Shown here: one piece after another, positions 31,053-39,714 of the stretch | How the letters are laid out: the number at the start of each line of letters is the position of its first letter | Numbering within the stretch: the stretch's first letter is position 1 | Source of the DNA: an uncultured Chroococcidiopsis sp. | Lineage (GTDB): Bacteria; Cyanobacteriota; Cyanobacteriia; Cyanobacteriales; Chroococcidiopsidaceae | Length of the DNA: 64,000 nucleotides | Reading direction: 5' to 3' | Assembly: GCA_964248365.1 (NCBI GenBank) | Contig: CAXTYC010000023.1 | Span: forward strand, 1 to 64,000 | Notes under the pieces: model-generated | Told to the model about the DNA's origin: nothing | The model's database searches: none | What the model saw: the letters and a program-made list of their open reading frames with translations, nothing else | Translations under genes and position numbers: made by a program

Positions 31053-32378
31053 ATGAATTTACAAGCTATATCTCAAAAAAAAAGAAAGGGATATGTCCAG
31101 CTTTCCCATTTGTTAATGTTGGCGTTTTGCTTGGCTTTTTATCCCCGCGTTCTCACTTTATTAAAAATTCCATCATTTGTTAATCTTTTACACCTGATAA
31201 TTATTCCAGGTATTTGTTTATTTACAATACTTAAAACCCGAACTAGAAGTAAGAGCCAAATTGCCATTTCAAAGGCGTTAATTTTTGGCATAACTATCTT
31301 GTTTACAGTAATGGTTGCTAGCGCCCTTTTAAATAGGGCTGGATTTATCAATGTAATCGTAGATTTTTTGCTTCTGTGCGAACCGTTCATGATGTTGCTG
31401 GCATTCGTAAGCATTCCCATGTCTCCAACCAAAATTGAACAAATTCGCACTTTGCTAATTTATTCTGGCTTTATTAACACCTTGTTTGCCTTTGTTCAGC
31501 ACTATATTCTCAAGCTGCACCTCCGCCCTGGGCAAGAAGATAACATCAAAGGAGTATTTATCGCACAAGGAGCAGGTCACGTTATAGGCGCTTCGGTTGC
31601 ATTGACCTTTGGTCTGTATTATTTTTTCAATGCTAAGACTGTTCCCCTGTGGCTCCGCGCATGTGTATTACTTGCTACTTTTTGGCATATAATACTTGCT
31701 GATGCCAAGCAGGTGTTGCTAGCTTTTTTGGTAGGTGGGTTACTTCTATTATTAACTAAGTTCAAGGATATTGGACAGGCAATAAAGTACCTTTCAGCTG
31801 GAAGTGTAATTGTTTTACTGTTAGTTTGGTGTCTAGAAAATGTGCCTGCTTTCTCTGCATACAAGACTTGGCTCAGACCAGAAATCTATGGTCCTGATGG
31901 TGAAGCTACCAAACTCAAGTTGGCGACATTTTCAATCGTTCCTTCATACTATCATTCACCCCTAAATCCTTGGCTGGGTCTTGGACCTGGTCATACCGTT
32001 GGGCGCTTAGGAGGATGGATGCTTAGAGAATATGAAGCTTTATTGACACCTTTAGGCTCTACTACCCATCCTGCTAGCAATGCTGTGTGGGCAGCAACAG
32101 CAGCAAGTTGGCTCGGAAACCAATCGAGTATGTTCTCGCCACTGTTTGGCTGGGCTGGTATCTGGGGCGATTTAGGTTTTTTAGGGCTAGGAGCATACCT
32201 GTATCTCGCGTTTTTAGTTTGGCATAAGCTTTGCTTGAATGACTTTTCCAAATTTTTACTATTGTGTGTATCTGTTTTTGGTCTGATTTTTTCTCAAATG
32301 GAAGAACCTGGTTATATGCTATTTGTGGCAACCATAATCGGTCTTCAATGGCAAGAAAAACGATACAGAAGAACTTAA
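31053..32378 (+). CDS. Polytopic membrane protein, Wzy/O-antigen polymerase-ligase-like
   Basis: About 11-12 TM segments, a periplasmic loop with WLGLGPG, and a position within the EPS operon. Confidence 0.65.
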   Translation: MNLQAISQKKRKGYVQLSHLLMLAFCLAFYPRVLTLLKIPSFVNLLHLIIIPGICLFTILKTRTRSKSQIAISKALIFGITILFTVMVASALLNRAGFINVIVDFLLLCEPFMMLLAFVSIPMSPTKIEQIRTLLIYSGFINTLFAFVQHYILKLHLRPGQEDNIKGVFIAQGAGHVIGASVALTFGLYYFFNAKTVPLWLRACVLLATFWHIILADAKQVLLAFLVGGLLLLLTKFKDIGQAIKYLSAGSVIVLLLVWCLENVPAFSAYKTWLRPEIYGPDGEATKLKLATFSIVPSYYHSPLNPWLGLGPGHTVGRLGGWMLREYEALLTPLGSTTHPASNAVWAATAASWLGNQSSMFSPLFGWAGIWGDLGFLGLGAYLYLAFLVWHKLCLNDFSKFLLLCVSVFGLIFSQMEEPGYMLFVATIIGLQWQEKRYRRT

Positions 32379-32959
32379 AATTAAATAGATACCGCAAATA
32401 TACAAAAAGCAAAAACACTGCTAAAAGATTGGACATCTGAATATTTGTATTGGACGTTTCCAAAAATTAAAGCCAGCCCTAATAACAAATCGCGTATACG
32501 TTAAGCCCCACAAATCACCCAAGAGGCGCGACGTTTCGGGAAAGAAGCTTCTTTCCCGAAAGCTCGCAAGTCGTGGCTTTAATTTATGGAGAATTCTATT
32601 AAAGCTGGGGCAGTTGTCGGGGTTTTTGATTGAAAACACCGCAGCAGCAGAATTTGTCCCCCCTACACTTGTGAAGGTTTCATAAACTTTTCAGTAAGTT
32701 TATGTAAAATTACGCAAAGTAGCTAAATAGACATGGTATAAAAAATACATATCCTTGAACCTGTGTGAATTTTAGGAATTATGTTAGTCGAAAACGAGTG
32801 GCAATCTGGGCTATAGCCCAGAATTGGTAAAACTTTTTTGCTGACTCGTTAAGGGTTGTTTGCTTTAAACAATTGTTATTCGTACTAGACTAGCAATCTG
32901 GAAAATTCAGAAATTTCGCCAGTCTGACAGGTTATTACTTATAGCTTTTGTATTTATAG

Positions 32960-34303
32960 ATGAGTGTTCTTATGAATCTCAAATCCATCTATGCTCGTAT
33001 TGGCATATCTGCTCGTACGCGCATTGTATTTATTAGTGTTTTATTCTTTCTTACTGGGCTAATTATTTTTACTGGGCTATCTATTTTTACTCAACCAGCT
33101 AGTGCAATTAGTTTTACAACCAACAGTGTTCGACCAGCAGATGTACTCGATTACGAGGCACTAGGTTACACATATGACACACTTTCTATCCAAGGCAGCA
33201 ATAGAAATCTAAAGGTCAGAAAAAATGCTGCAAGTTTGAACTCGGGCGAAATCAGCAGGTTCGTCAATGCCGTTTTAAGCTTGAAACGGACAATGACTTC
33301 AGGCAGTGATGGCACGCGAATTAGTATATACGATCAGTTTGTAGCAACGCATTTAGGAACCACAGACGTAGCGGGGCGTATAGGTCCAGATGGCAGACGT
33401 TTTTCAAGTCCTGCTCATGGCAATGCTGCCTTTCTACCATGGCATCGTGAATTTCTATATGAATTTGAACACCTTTTGCAGGTAGTAGATCCGTCCGTAA
33501 CAATCCCCTACTGGGATTTTACAGATCGTAATACAAGAAACATTATCTTCCAGAACAATTTCATCGGACCTAATGGCGGTGCTTCTGGAGTAGGCGGTGG
33601 TGCGGTACAGTCTGGTTTTTTCTCAGCAGCTAATGGATGGCGGCAAAGAAGAGACTTGAGTAGCAACACATGGGCAGGGAGATCTACCGATACCCAACCA
33701 CTTACACGCTATATGCGTTCTCCTGATAGATTACCTACTACAACTCAGGTCAATCAAATCCTTGCCCAAACTTCCTATGATGCGTTTCGCGGTTCCCTGG
33801 AAACTACAGCACATGCTGGAGCCCACCTGTGGATGGGAGGCTCGACGGCAAATGTCTCAACTTCTCCCAACGATCCAACGTTTTGGCTGTTGCATGCGAA
33901 TGTAGACCGCATCTGGGCTGAATGGCAAGTGGATGGACATTGGGGTAGCGATTGGTATACTAGGACTGGTAAACCTTTCGGACACAACCTGAATGACATG
34001 ATGTGGCCCTGGGATCAAGGTCGCATGAGTGCTGCGGCTGATTTGCAAGCCTTAATACCCAGTCTATCCTCAGTTGAAGCTAGAACTCGCCGTTCACTAC
34101 GTTCAGTTGAATTTAGGGTTGCCAGTAGTCCAGAAGAGTTAATGTCAGATCACAACCGTCATTTGTACAATCCATTTGACTCTCAGGGTGAACACGAGAT
34201 GCATCACCATATGCTTTGTGAGGCAAATACATCGAGCGATATGCAATGTGACAACAACACAGACAACATTGCTGCTGCCTCATCCATCCTTCCTCCAGCC
34301 TAA
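32960..34303 (+). CDS. Exported tyrosinase (type-3 copper protein)
   Basis: Signal-peptide-like N-terminus ending PASA. VRKN; CuA FVATH..PAHGNAAFLPWHR; IPYWD; CuB AHAGAHLWMGG..NDPTFWLLHANVDRIW. Confidence 0.92.
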   Translation: MSVLMNLKSIYARIGISARTRIVFISVLFFLTGLIIFTGLSIFTQPASAISFTTNSVRPADVLDYEALGYTYDTLSIQGSNRNLKVRKNAASLNSGEISRFVNAVLSLKRTMTSGSDGTRISIYDQFVATHLGTTDVAGRIGPDGRRFSSPAHGNAAFLPWHREFLYEFEHLLQVVDPSVTIPYWDFTDRNTRNIIFQNNFIGPNGGASGVGGGAVQSGFFSAANGWRQRRDLSSNTWAGRSTDTQPLTRYMRSPDRLPTTTQVNQILAQTSYDAFRGSLETTAHAGAHLWMGGSTANVSTSPNDPTFWLLHANVDRIWAEWQVDGHWGSDWYTRTGKPFGHNLNDMMWPWDQGRMSAAADLQALIPSLSSVEARTRRSLRSVEFRVASSPEELMSDHNRHLYNPFDSQGEHEMHHHMLCEANTSSDMQCDNNTDNIAAASSILPPA

Positions 34304-34340
34304 ACGTCTTTGCTATTTTAATTAACTAGGTGAAGCGCTT

Positions 34341-34398
34341 TCCGTTCCTCTCAGGAATATAGAACTTATCTGTGAAAGCTACATTTCTGAGGGGAGAT
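34341..34398 (+). other. Long intergenic inverted repeat downstream of the tyrosinase
   Basis: CCTCTCAGGAATATAG ... CTACATTTCTGAGGGG. Confidence 0.45.
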
Positions 34399-34474
34399 GG
34401 TAAGTGGCATCGTTTACTTAGCACCCTCGTCAGTCTTGAGAAATTCTCAACTGAATACAACTTAAGGATTCAGA

Positions 34475-34942
34475 ATGTTGAAATTAATAGGCTTGAGTGC
34501 AACTTTATTTACTAACACTTTTGTGTTTTTGTCTGGCGCTCAATTGGAGGCGATCGCACGAGAGCCTGATTACCCTTGCTACATGATTGCTCCCTCCGGC
34601 CAAACTGTAGATTTATCTAACTCCCTGTGTAGTTTCGGACATAATATTGTTGATACTAGTGCTAATATTGACGACTTATTCTTTGCTGATTATAAGCAAG
34701 CTCTAATCAAAAAGTATCCAAACTTAAATAATGTTTTGCTGGAGCAACAACCTGAAGCGTTTGGGTATGCTCATGCTGTTTGTAATGGTCTGAAGTCTGG
34801 GCTTTCTCCTAATGTAATTCAAAGTTTACAAAACGAGCAAATTGTTAATACCATTTCTGGAAGAAACACGATTGTTGACTTAGAATTGATTAATTTTTTA
34901 GCTCCTAAATACTATTGCCCACAATTCAAGCAAGGTAGGTAA
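34475..34942 (+). CDS. Secreted Cys-containing hypothetical protein, DUF732-like C-terminus
   Basis: Signal-like N-terminus, CYM..GQTVDLSNSLC, YAHAVCNGL and APKYYCP. Confidence 0.6.
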   Translation: MLKLIGLSATLFTNTFVFLSGAQLEAIAREPDYPCYMIAPSGQTVDLSNSLCSFGHNIVDTSANIDDLFFADYKQALIKKYPNLNNVLLEQQPEAFGYAHAVCNGLKSGLSPNVIQSLQNEQIVNTISGRNTIVDLELINFLAPKYYCPQFKQGR

Positions 34943-35449
34943 ATCACAATTTTGTCAAAATCATTACAAAAGCACTGTTATTAAGCAATATTTGGCATAA
35001 CTAATTTTTGTCTAGCTGATTACAAGTTTATAGCTGAGCGCTATCACCCTTATGCTTATTTTTTATTTTTTCAAGTCATCAACTATAAATTTACATAAAA
35101 ATCAAAATTACACTAACAAATAATCTTTTAAATATCTTAAAAATACGGTATTTTTTATTACCTTTAACTATATATTTTTTTAATAAAGCGCTGCTATTAG
35201 TCCGTTCAAACAGGTTTTTTGGATGTATTCTATATTAATACTCCTCAAAAAATTGAATTTTACTTACAGTTACTAAGATTAGCATAACTTTTTTGTTAGT
35301 AAATCATAAGTAATTATTAATAATTAGAACTGCTACTTTAAATAAGTTAGCACTAGTTATTTGTAAGGTTACACAATTATTAACTTTATAATCAACTTTT
35401 TTGAGAAAGTGATTATTTGTTTATTCTGGAAAATTAAGGATTAATTTAT

Positions 35450-36319
35450 ATGCTAATGAAAGCTGATACAAAGCAAATAAAGAATCAAGCCAAATTAGTA
35501 CTTACAAATCAATTTCAAGCTTTAGATCTAACAAAGCTAAAAGCTACAAATTCTCAAATAACTACGCATGACATTGATGTGATAGGCTCACCTGTGACAG
35601 CTGCACCTTTCGATGTCCAAATAGAAATGATGTTGGAATGGGCTAGTAGCCGTGCAAGTAAAGTGGTTTGTGTAGCAAATGTCCATATGCTGACGGAAGC
35701 TTATTGGCATCCAGAGTTTAGCTCAGTCTTAAAAAATGCAGATATGGTGACACCTGATGGTATGCCCTTAGTTTGGATGCTGAAGCTAATGGGAGCGCGT
35801 GATCAAAATCGTGTGGCTGGAATGGATATTTTATTGTCTTTGTGTAAGCTCACTCCCCAGCGAAACATTAGTATTTTCTTCTTGGGTTCCCAGCCAGAAA
35901 TTCTGGAGAAAATGAGCAAGAAATTAAAGTGTGAGTTTCCTAATTTGCAAATAGCAGGGATGGAGCCATTACCCTTCCGTCCACTTACACGAGCAGAGGA
36001 TGAGGCTCTGATCCAAAAGATTCATAACAGTGGATGTGGCATAGTTTTAGTGTCTCTTGGATGTCCAAAACAAGAGTACTGGATGAATCAACACAAAGAC
36101 AAAATTCAGGCTGTGATGATTGGGGTGGGGGGAGTTTTCCCAGTGTATGCAGGAATTGTGAAACGCGCTCCCTTATGGATGAGGAATTTAGGATTAGAGT
36201 GGTTTTATAGGTTCGTTCAAGAGCCGCGTAGACTGTGGAAACGATACGGAACTACTATCCCTCCTTTTATTTGGTTAGCTTTAAAGCAGTTACTCAGCTT
36301 AAAGCTAAAATTGGGGTAA
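35450..36319 (+). CDS. WecB/TagA/CpsF glycosyltransferase (GT26)
   Basis: VTPDGMPLVW, RVAGMD, LGCPKQE and LEWFYRFVQEPRRLWKRY. Confidence 0.93.
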   Translation: MLMKADTKQIKNQAKLVLTNQFQALDLTKLKATNSQITTHDIDVIGSPVTAAPFDVQIEMMLEWASSRASKVVCVANVHMLTEAYWHPEFSSVLKNADMVTPDGMPLVWMLKLMGARDQNRVAGMDILLSLCKLTPQRNISIFFLGSQPEILEKMSKKLKCEFPNLQIAGMEPLPFRPLTRAEDEALIQKIHNSGCGIVLVSLGCPKQEYWMNQHKDKIQAVMIGVGGVFPVYAGIVKRAPLWMRNLGLEWFYRFVQEPRRLWKRYGTTIPPFIWLALKQLLSLKLKLG

Positions 36320-36486
36320 GTAGGTGCTTTAATGGCGGCGAGGCTTGCTTAAAGGGCGCAGCTGTACACCGAAAGACTGCCACAATTATATAATGTGTTG
36401 ACATAGCAAACTTGACTTAACTGTGGCAATCTGAGAAACAGATAGCAAATCTGATATTCTCGCTACAAAAATAAAGCTAATAGGTT

Positions 36487-37713
36487 ATGCAGACGCTGCC
36501 CAATCCAGCTACCTCTCAAGCCGCCAACCGTCAACTCTCGACTGACACCACCATTCACCGCCGCCAGACGAGGGCGGTGAAAGTTGGTAATGTCGCCATT
36601 GGCGGTGGCTACCCTGTCGTAGTGCAATCGATGATTAATGAAGACACTCTGGACATAAATGGCTCAGTTGCAGCCATTCGTCGCCTACACGAAGTTGGCT
36701 GTGAAATCGTCCGAGTGACAGTACCAAGTATGGCTCACGCCAAAGCCTTGGCAGAAATTAAGCAGAAATTGTCTGCAACTTACCAGTCAGTACCACTAGT
36801 TGCAGATGTACATCACAACGGCATGAAAATTGCCCTGGAAGTAGCAAAACACGTTGATAAAGTGCGGATAAATCCAGGGTTGTACGTATTTGAGAAGCCT
36901 AAAGCCGATAGAACCGAATATACTCAAGCGGAATTTGATGAGATTGGTGAAAAGATCCGTGAAACCTTAGAACCGCTTGTGATTTCCCTGCGGGATCAGG
37001 GTAAAGCCATGCGGATTGGCGTTAATCACGGTTCCTTGGCTGAGCGTATGCTGTTCTCCTATGGCGACACTCCAGAAGGCATGGTAGAATCAGCGCTGGA
37101 ATTTATTCGCATTTGTGAATCTTTAGACTTCCGCAATCTAGTTATCTCCTTAAAAGCGTCGCGGGTTCCTGTGATGCTAGCTGCTTATCGCTTGATAGTA
37201 CAGCGGATGGATGAACTGGGGATGGACTATCCTCTGCATCTGGGTGTAACAGAAGCTGGGGATGGTGAATATGGTCGTATCAAGTCAACCGCTGGAATTG
37301 GTACACTTTTAGCTGAAGGAATTGGCGACACCATCCGAGTATCACTTACAGAAGCACCAGAAAAAGAAATTCCTGTTTGCTACAGCATTCTGCAAGCACT
37401 CGGCTTGCGCAAGACAATGGTGGAATATGTTGCTTGTCCTTCTTGTGGACGCACTTTGTTTAATTTGGAAGAAGTGCTGCACAAAGTACGGGAAGCAACA
37501 AAACACCTAACTGGTCTTGATATCGCTGTTATGGGTTGTATCGTCAACGGTCCTGGCGAAATGGCAGATGCTGACTACGGTTATGTTGGTAAGCAGCCAG
37601 GTTACATCTCTCTGTATCGTGGCAGAGAAGAAATTAAAAGAGTACCTGAATCTCAAGGGGTAGAGGAATTGATTAACTTAATTAAAGCAGACGATCGCTG
37701 GGTTGATCCTTGA
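36487..37713 (+). CDS. ispG: (E)-4-hydroxy-3-methylbut-2-enyl-diphosphate synthase
   Basis: [33 protein letters not shown] and [10 protein letters not shown]. Confidence 0.97.
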   Translation: MQTLPNPATSQAANRQLSTDTTIHRRQTRAVKVGNVAIGGGYPVVVQSMINEDTLDINGSVAAIRRLHEVGCEIVRVTVPSMAHAKALAEIKQKLSATYQSVPLVADVHHNGMKIALEVAKHVDKVRINPGLYVFEKPKADRTEYTQAEFDEIGEKIRETLEPLVISLRDQGKAMRIGVNHGSLAERMLFSYGDTPEGMVESALEFIRICESLDFRNLVISLKASRVPVMLAAYRLIVQRMDELGMDYPLHLGVTEAGDGEYGRIKSTAGIGTLLAEGIGDTIRVSLTEAPEKEIPVCYSILQALGLRKTMVEYVACPSCGRTLFNLEEVLHKVREATKHLTGLDIAVMGCIVNGPGEMADADYGYVGKQPGYISLYRGREEIKRVPESQGVEELINLIKADDRWVDP

Positions 37714-37898
37714 GGGGCTAGGGGCTAGGGGCTAGGGGCTAGAGAAGAAAAATGGACTAGGAACTAGGGAAATAGTAATTAGTGTAAGTTACAAAGATTT
37801 CTCAGTCCTACCAGTCAAAGTATACTAACCCCGCGCTTCCTCTAACCTCTAACCCCTCTTCTTCCCCTAGTCCCTAGTCCCTAGCCCCTAGTCCCTAT
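37714..37898. repeat. STRR heptamer arrays in inverted arrangement
   Basis: (GGGGCTA)n at 37714-37742 and (CCCTAGT/CCCTAGC)n at 37864-37897. Confidence 0.85.
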
Positions 37899-37955
37899 TT
37901 GCTGTGCTAAATTGGGCATACTCGGTTCGCATTTTCCTCCGGCTCAGCAGTTATT

Positions 37956-39248
37956 ATGGTCATGAAAAAGCGTGGAATCTTGTTAGGTGCAACAGCGGTG
38001 ATGCTATCAACAGCTGCCGTTACCAATCTTAGTGTTCACTCACAAAGTCAAGCTTTCTTTCGTGAAAGCCCGAAAGAATTAGTAGATGAAGTCTGGCAGA
38101 TTATTGACCGCCAGTATGTGGATGGCACTTTTAACAAGGTAAATTGGCAGAGTGTACGTAAGGATTATCTGAGCCGTTCTTACACTAACAACGAGGATGC
38201 TTACAAAGCTATCCGGCAAATGTTGGAGAAACTGAAAGATCCTTACACTCGCTTTATGAACCCAGAAGAGTTCAAGAGTATGCAAGTGGACACTTCTGGA
38301 GAACTCATTGGCATTGGCATCCAGATTGGTGCGGATGATAAAACTAAGCAGCTGACTGTAATTTCGCCAATTGAAGATACACCCGCCTTTGCTGCTGGTC
38401 TTCTCGCCAAAGACGTTATTACCAAGATTGATGGTAAAAGCACTAAGGGGATGGATGTCAACCAAGCAGTATCTCTGATTCGGGGACAGCCAGGAACGAG
38501 TGTAAGGCTGACAGTACTGCGGAACGGTCAGCCGAAGGAATTTCAGATTAAACGAGCAAGGATCGAAATTCATCCAGTAAAATACAGCTATCAAAATAGT
38601 CCCATAGGCGGCGTGGGTTACATTCGCTTGAATCAATTTAGTGCGAATGCTGCTGCGGAAATGCGTAATGCAATTAGAGATTTAGAAAAAAAACAAGTGG
38701 CTGGGTATATTTTGGATTTACGTAATAATCCAGGCGGCTTGCTTTTATCAGGTGTGGAAATTGCCCAGATGTGGCTCAATGACGGTACGATTGTTTCAAC
38801 AGTTAATCGTCAGGGGAAACAAGACATTGAAAAGTCCGATCACCGCGCTTTAACGAATAAGCCCTTGGTAGTGCTGGTAAATGATGGCTCAGCTAGTGCA
38901 AGTGAAATTCTCTCTGGTGCATTACAGGATAACAAACGTGCTGTTTTAGTAGGGGAAAAGACGTTTGGTAAGGGCTTGGTGCAATCGGTACGAAGTTTGG
39001 GAGATGGTTCGGGGTTAGCAGTGACGATCGCTAAGTACTATACTCCTAGTGGTCGTGATATTAACCATGCAGGGATTGCTCCCAATGTAGAGCTAAAACT
39101 GACAACACAGCAGAAACAAGCGTTGTTCCTACGCAATCGTGATAAAGTTGGTACACCAGCAGATCCCCAGTACGCTAAAGCACTAGAAACCTTACAAAAG
39201 CAAATCGCCTCCAAAAGTAGCCCTCAAGCCCAGTCGCTACCAAGGTAG
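37956..39248 (+). CDS. C-terminal processing peptidase (S41A, Ctp family)
   Basis: DPYTRF, PDZ GIGI, LDLRNNPGG, SASASEI and TFGKGLVQ. The paralog (CtpA/B/C) was not resolved. Confidence 0.95.
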   Translation: MVMKKRGILLGATAVMLSTAAVTNLSVHSQSQAFFRESPKELVDEVWQIIDRQYVDGTFNKVNWQSVRKDYLSRSYTNNEDAYKAIRQMLEKLKDPYTRFMNPEEFKSMQVDTSGELIGIGIQIGADDKTKQLTVISPIEDTPAFAAGLLAKDVITKIDGKSTKGMDVNQAVSLIRGQPGTSVRLTVLRNGQPKEFQIKRARIEIHPVKYSYQNSPIGGVGYIRLNQFSANAAAEMRNAIRDLEKKQVAGYILDLRNNPGGLLLSGVEIAQMWLNDGTIVSTVNRQGKQDIEKSDHRALTNKPLVVLVNDGSASASEILSGALQDNKRAVLVGEKTFGKGLVQSVRSLGDGSGLAVTIAKYYTPSGRDINHAGIAPNVELKLTTQQKQALFLRNRDKVGTPADPQYAKALETLQKQIASKSSPQAQSLPR

Positions 39249-39383
39249 GGACTAGGGACTAGGGGCTAGGGGCTAGGAAAACAGAGATGGGGGAGATGGG
39301 GGAGCTGGGGGAGAATTCCTAATCCAAAATCCACGCATCCAAAATCCAAAATTCCCCAGCCTCTAGCCCCTAGCCCCTAGCTA
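39247..39383. repeat. Composite STRR cluster
   Basis: (AGGGACT/GGGGCTA)n, GATGGGGGA repeats, (AATCCAA)n and (TAGCCCC)n; the outer arrays are mutually inverted. Confidence 0.85.
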
Positions 39384-39569
39384 CTAAATGGGTTGGCATT
39401 TACCTGCTCGGATTAAGCCAATGCGCCGAGCAAAAGCTTCATCTTGAGAAGTAAATGGTCCCCAGCGTTCTTGAATGGTTGAATTCTCCAGGGTTATTTG
39501 ATTGCTGGAGATAATATCACAATGCCCATCTGTACGCTTGACAACGTACCAAGTTTGTGTATTTGTCAT
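39384..39569 (-). CDS. Small conserved cyanobacterial hypothetical protein
   Basis: 61 aa with the pattern WYVVK..G.C ... WGPF.SQ.EA.ARRIGLIRAGKC.P. Confidence 0.7.
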   Translation of the reverse strand: MTNTQTWYVVKRTDGHCDIISSNQITLENSTIQERWGPFTSQDEAFARRIGLIRAGKCQPI

Positions 39570-39598
39570 TGGATAGATGATAGTTAGCCGATTTAAAT

Positions 39599-39660
39599 TG
39601 GGGCGAGTTTTACAGATATAACTGTGAGATCACCCATATGGTGGTTTTCCTCGCCCCTAC
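39599..39660. repeat. REP-like (GTAG-type) palindromic dispersed repeat
   Basis: GGGGCGAG..CTCGCCCCTAC; related copies at 47495 and 54769. Confidence 0.65.
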
Positions 39661-39714
39661 TGTGTTGCCTTACCAATAACTAGGGAAATTTTGCTCCTAA
39701 TACATGATGAATCT

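Noticed and set aside
25128..34303. Scytonemin cluster (suggested by tyrA + tyrosinase)
   Set aside because: No scyA-F, trp or ebo genes in the window; the context is polysaccharide biosynthesis.
39384..39569. Small ORF as a transposase fragment
   Set aside because: No DDE motif or terminal IRs; it looks like a conserved small cyanobacterial protein.
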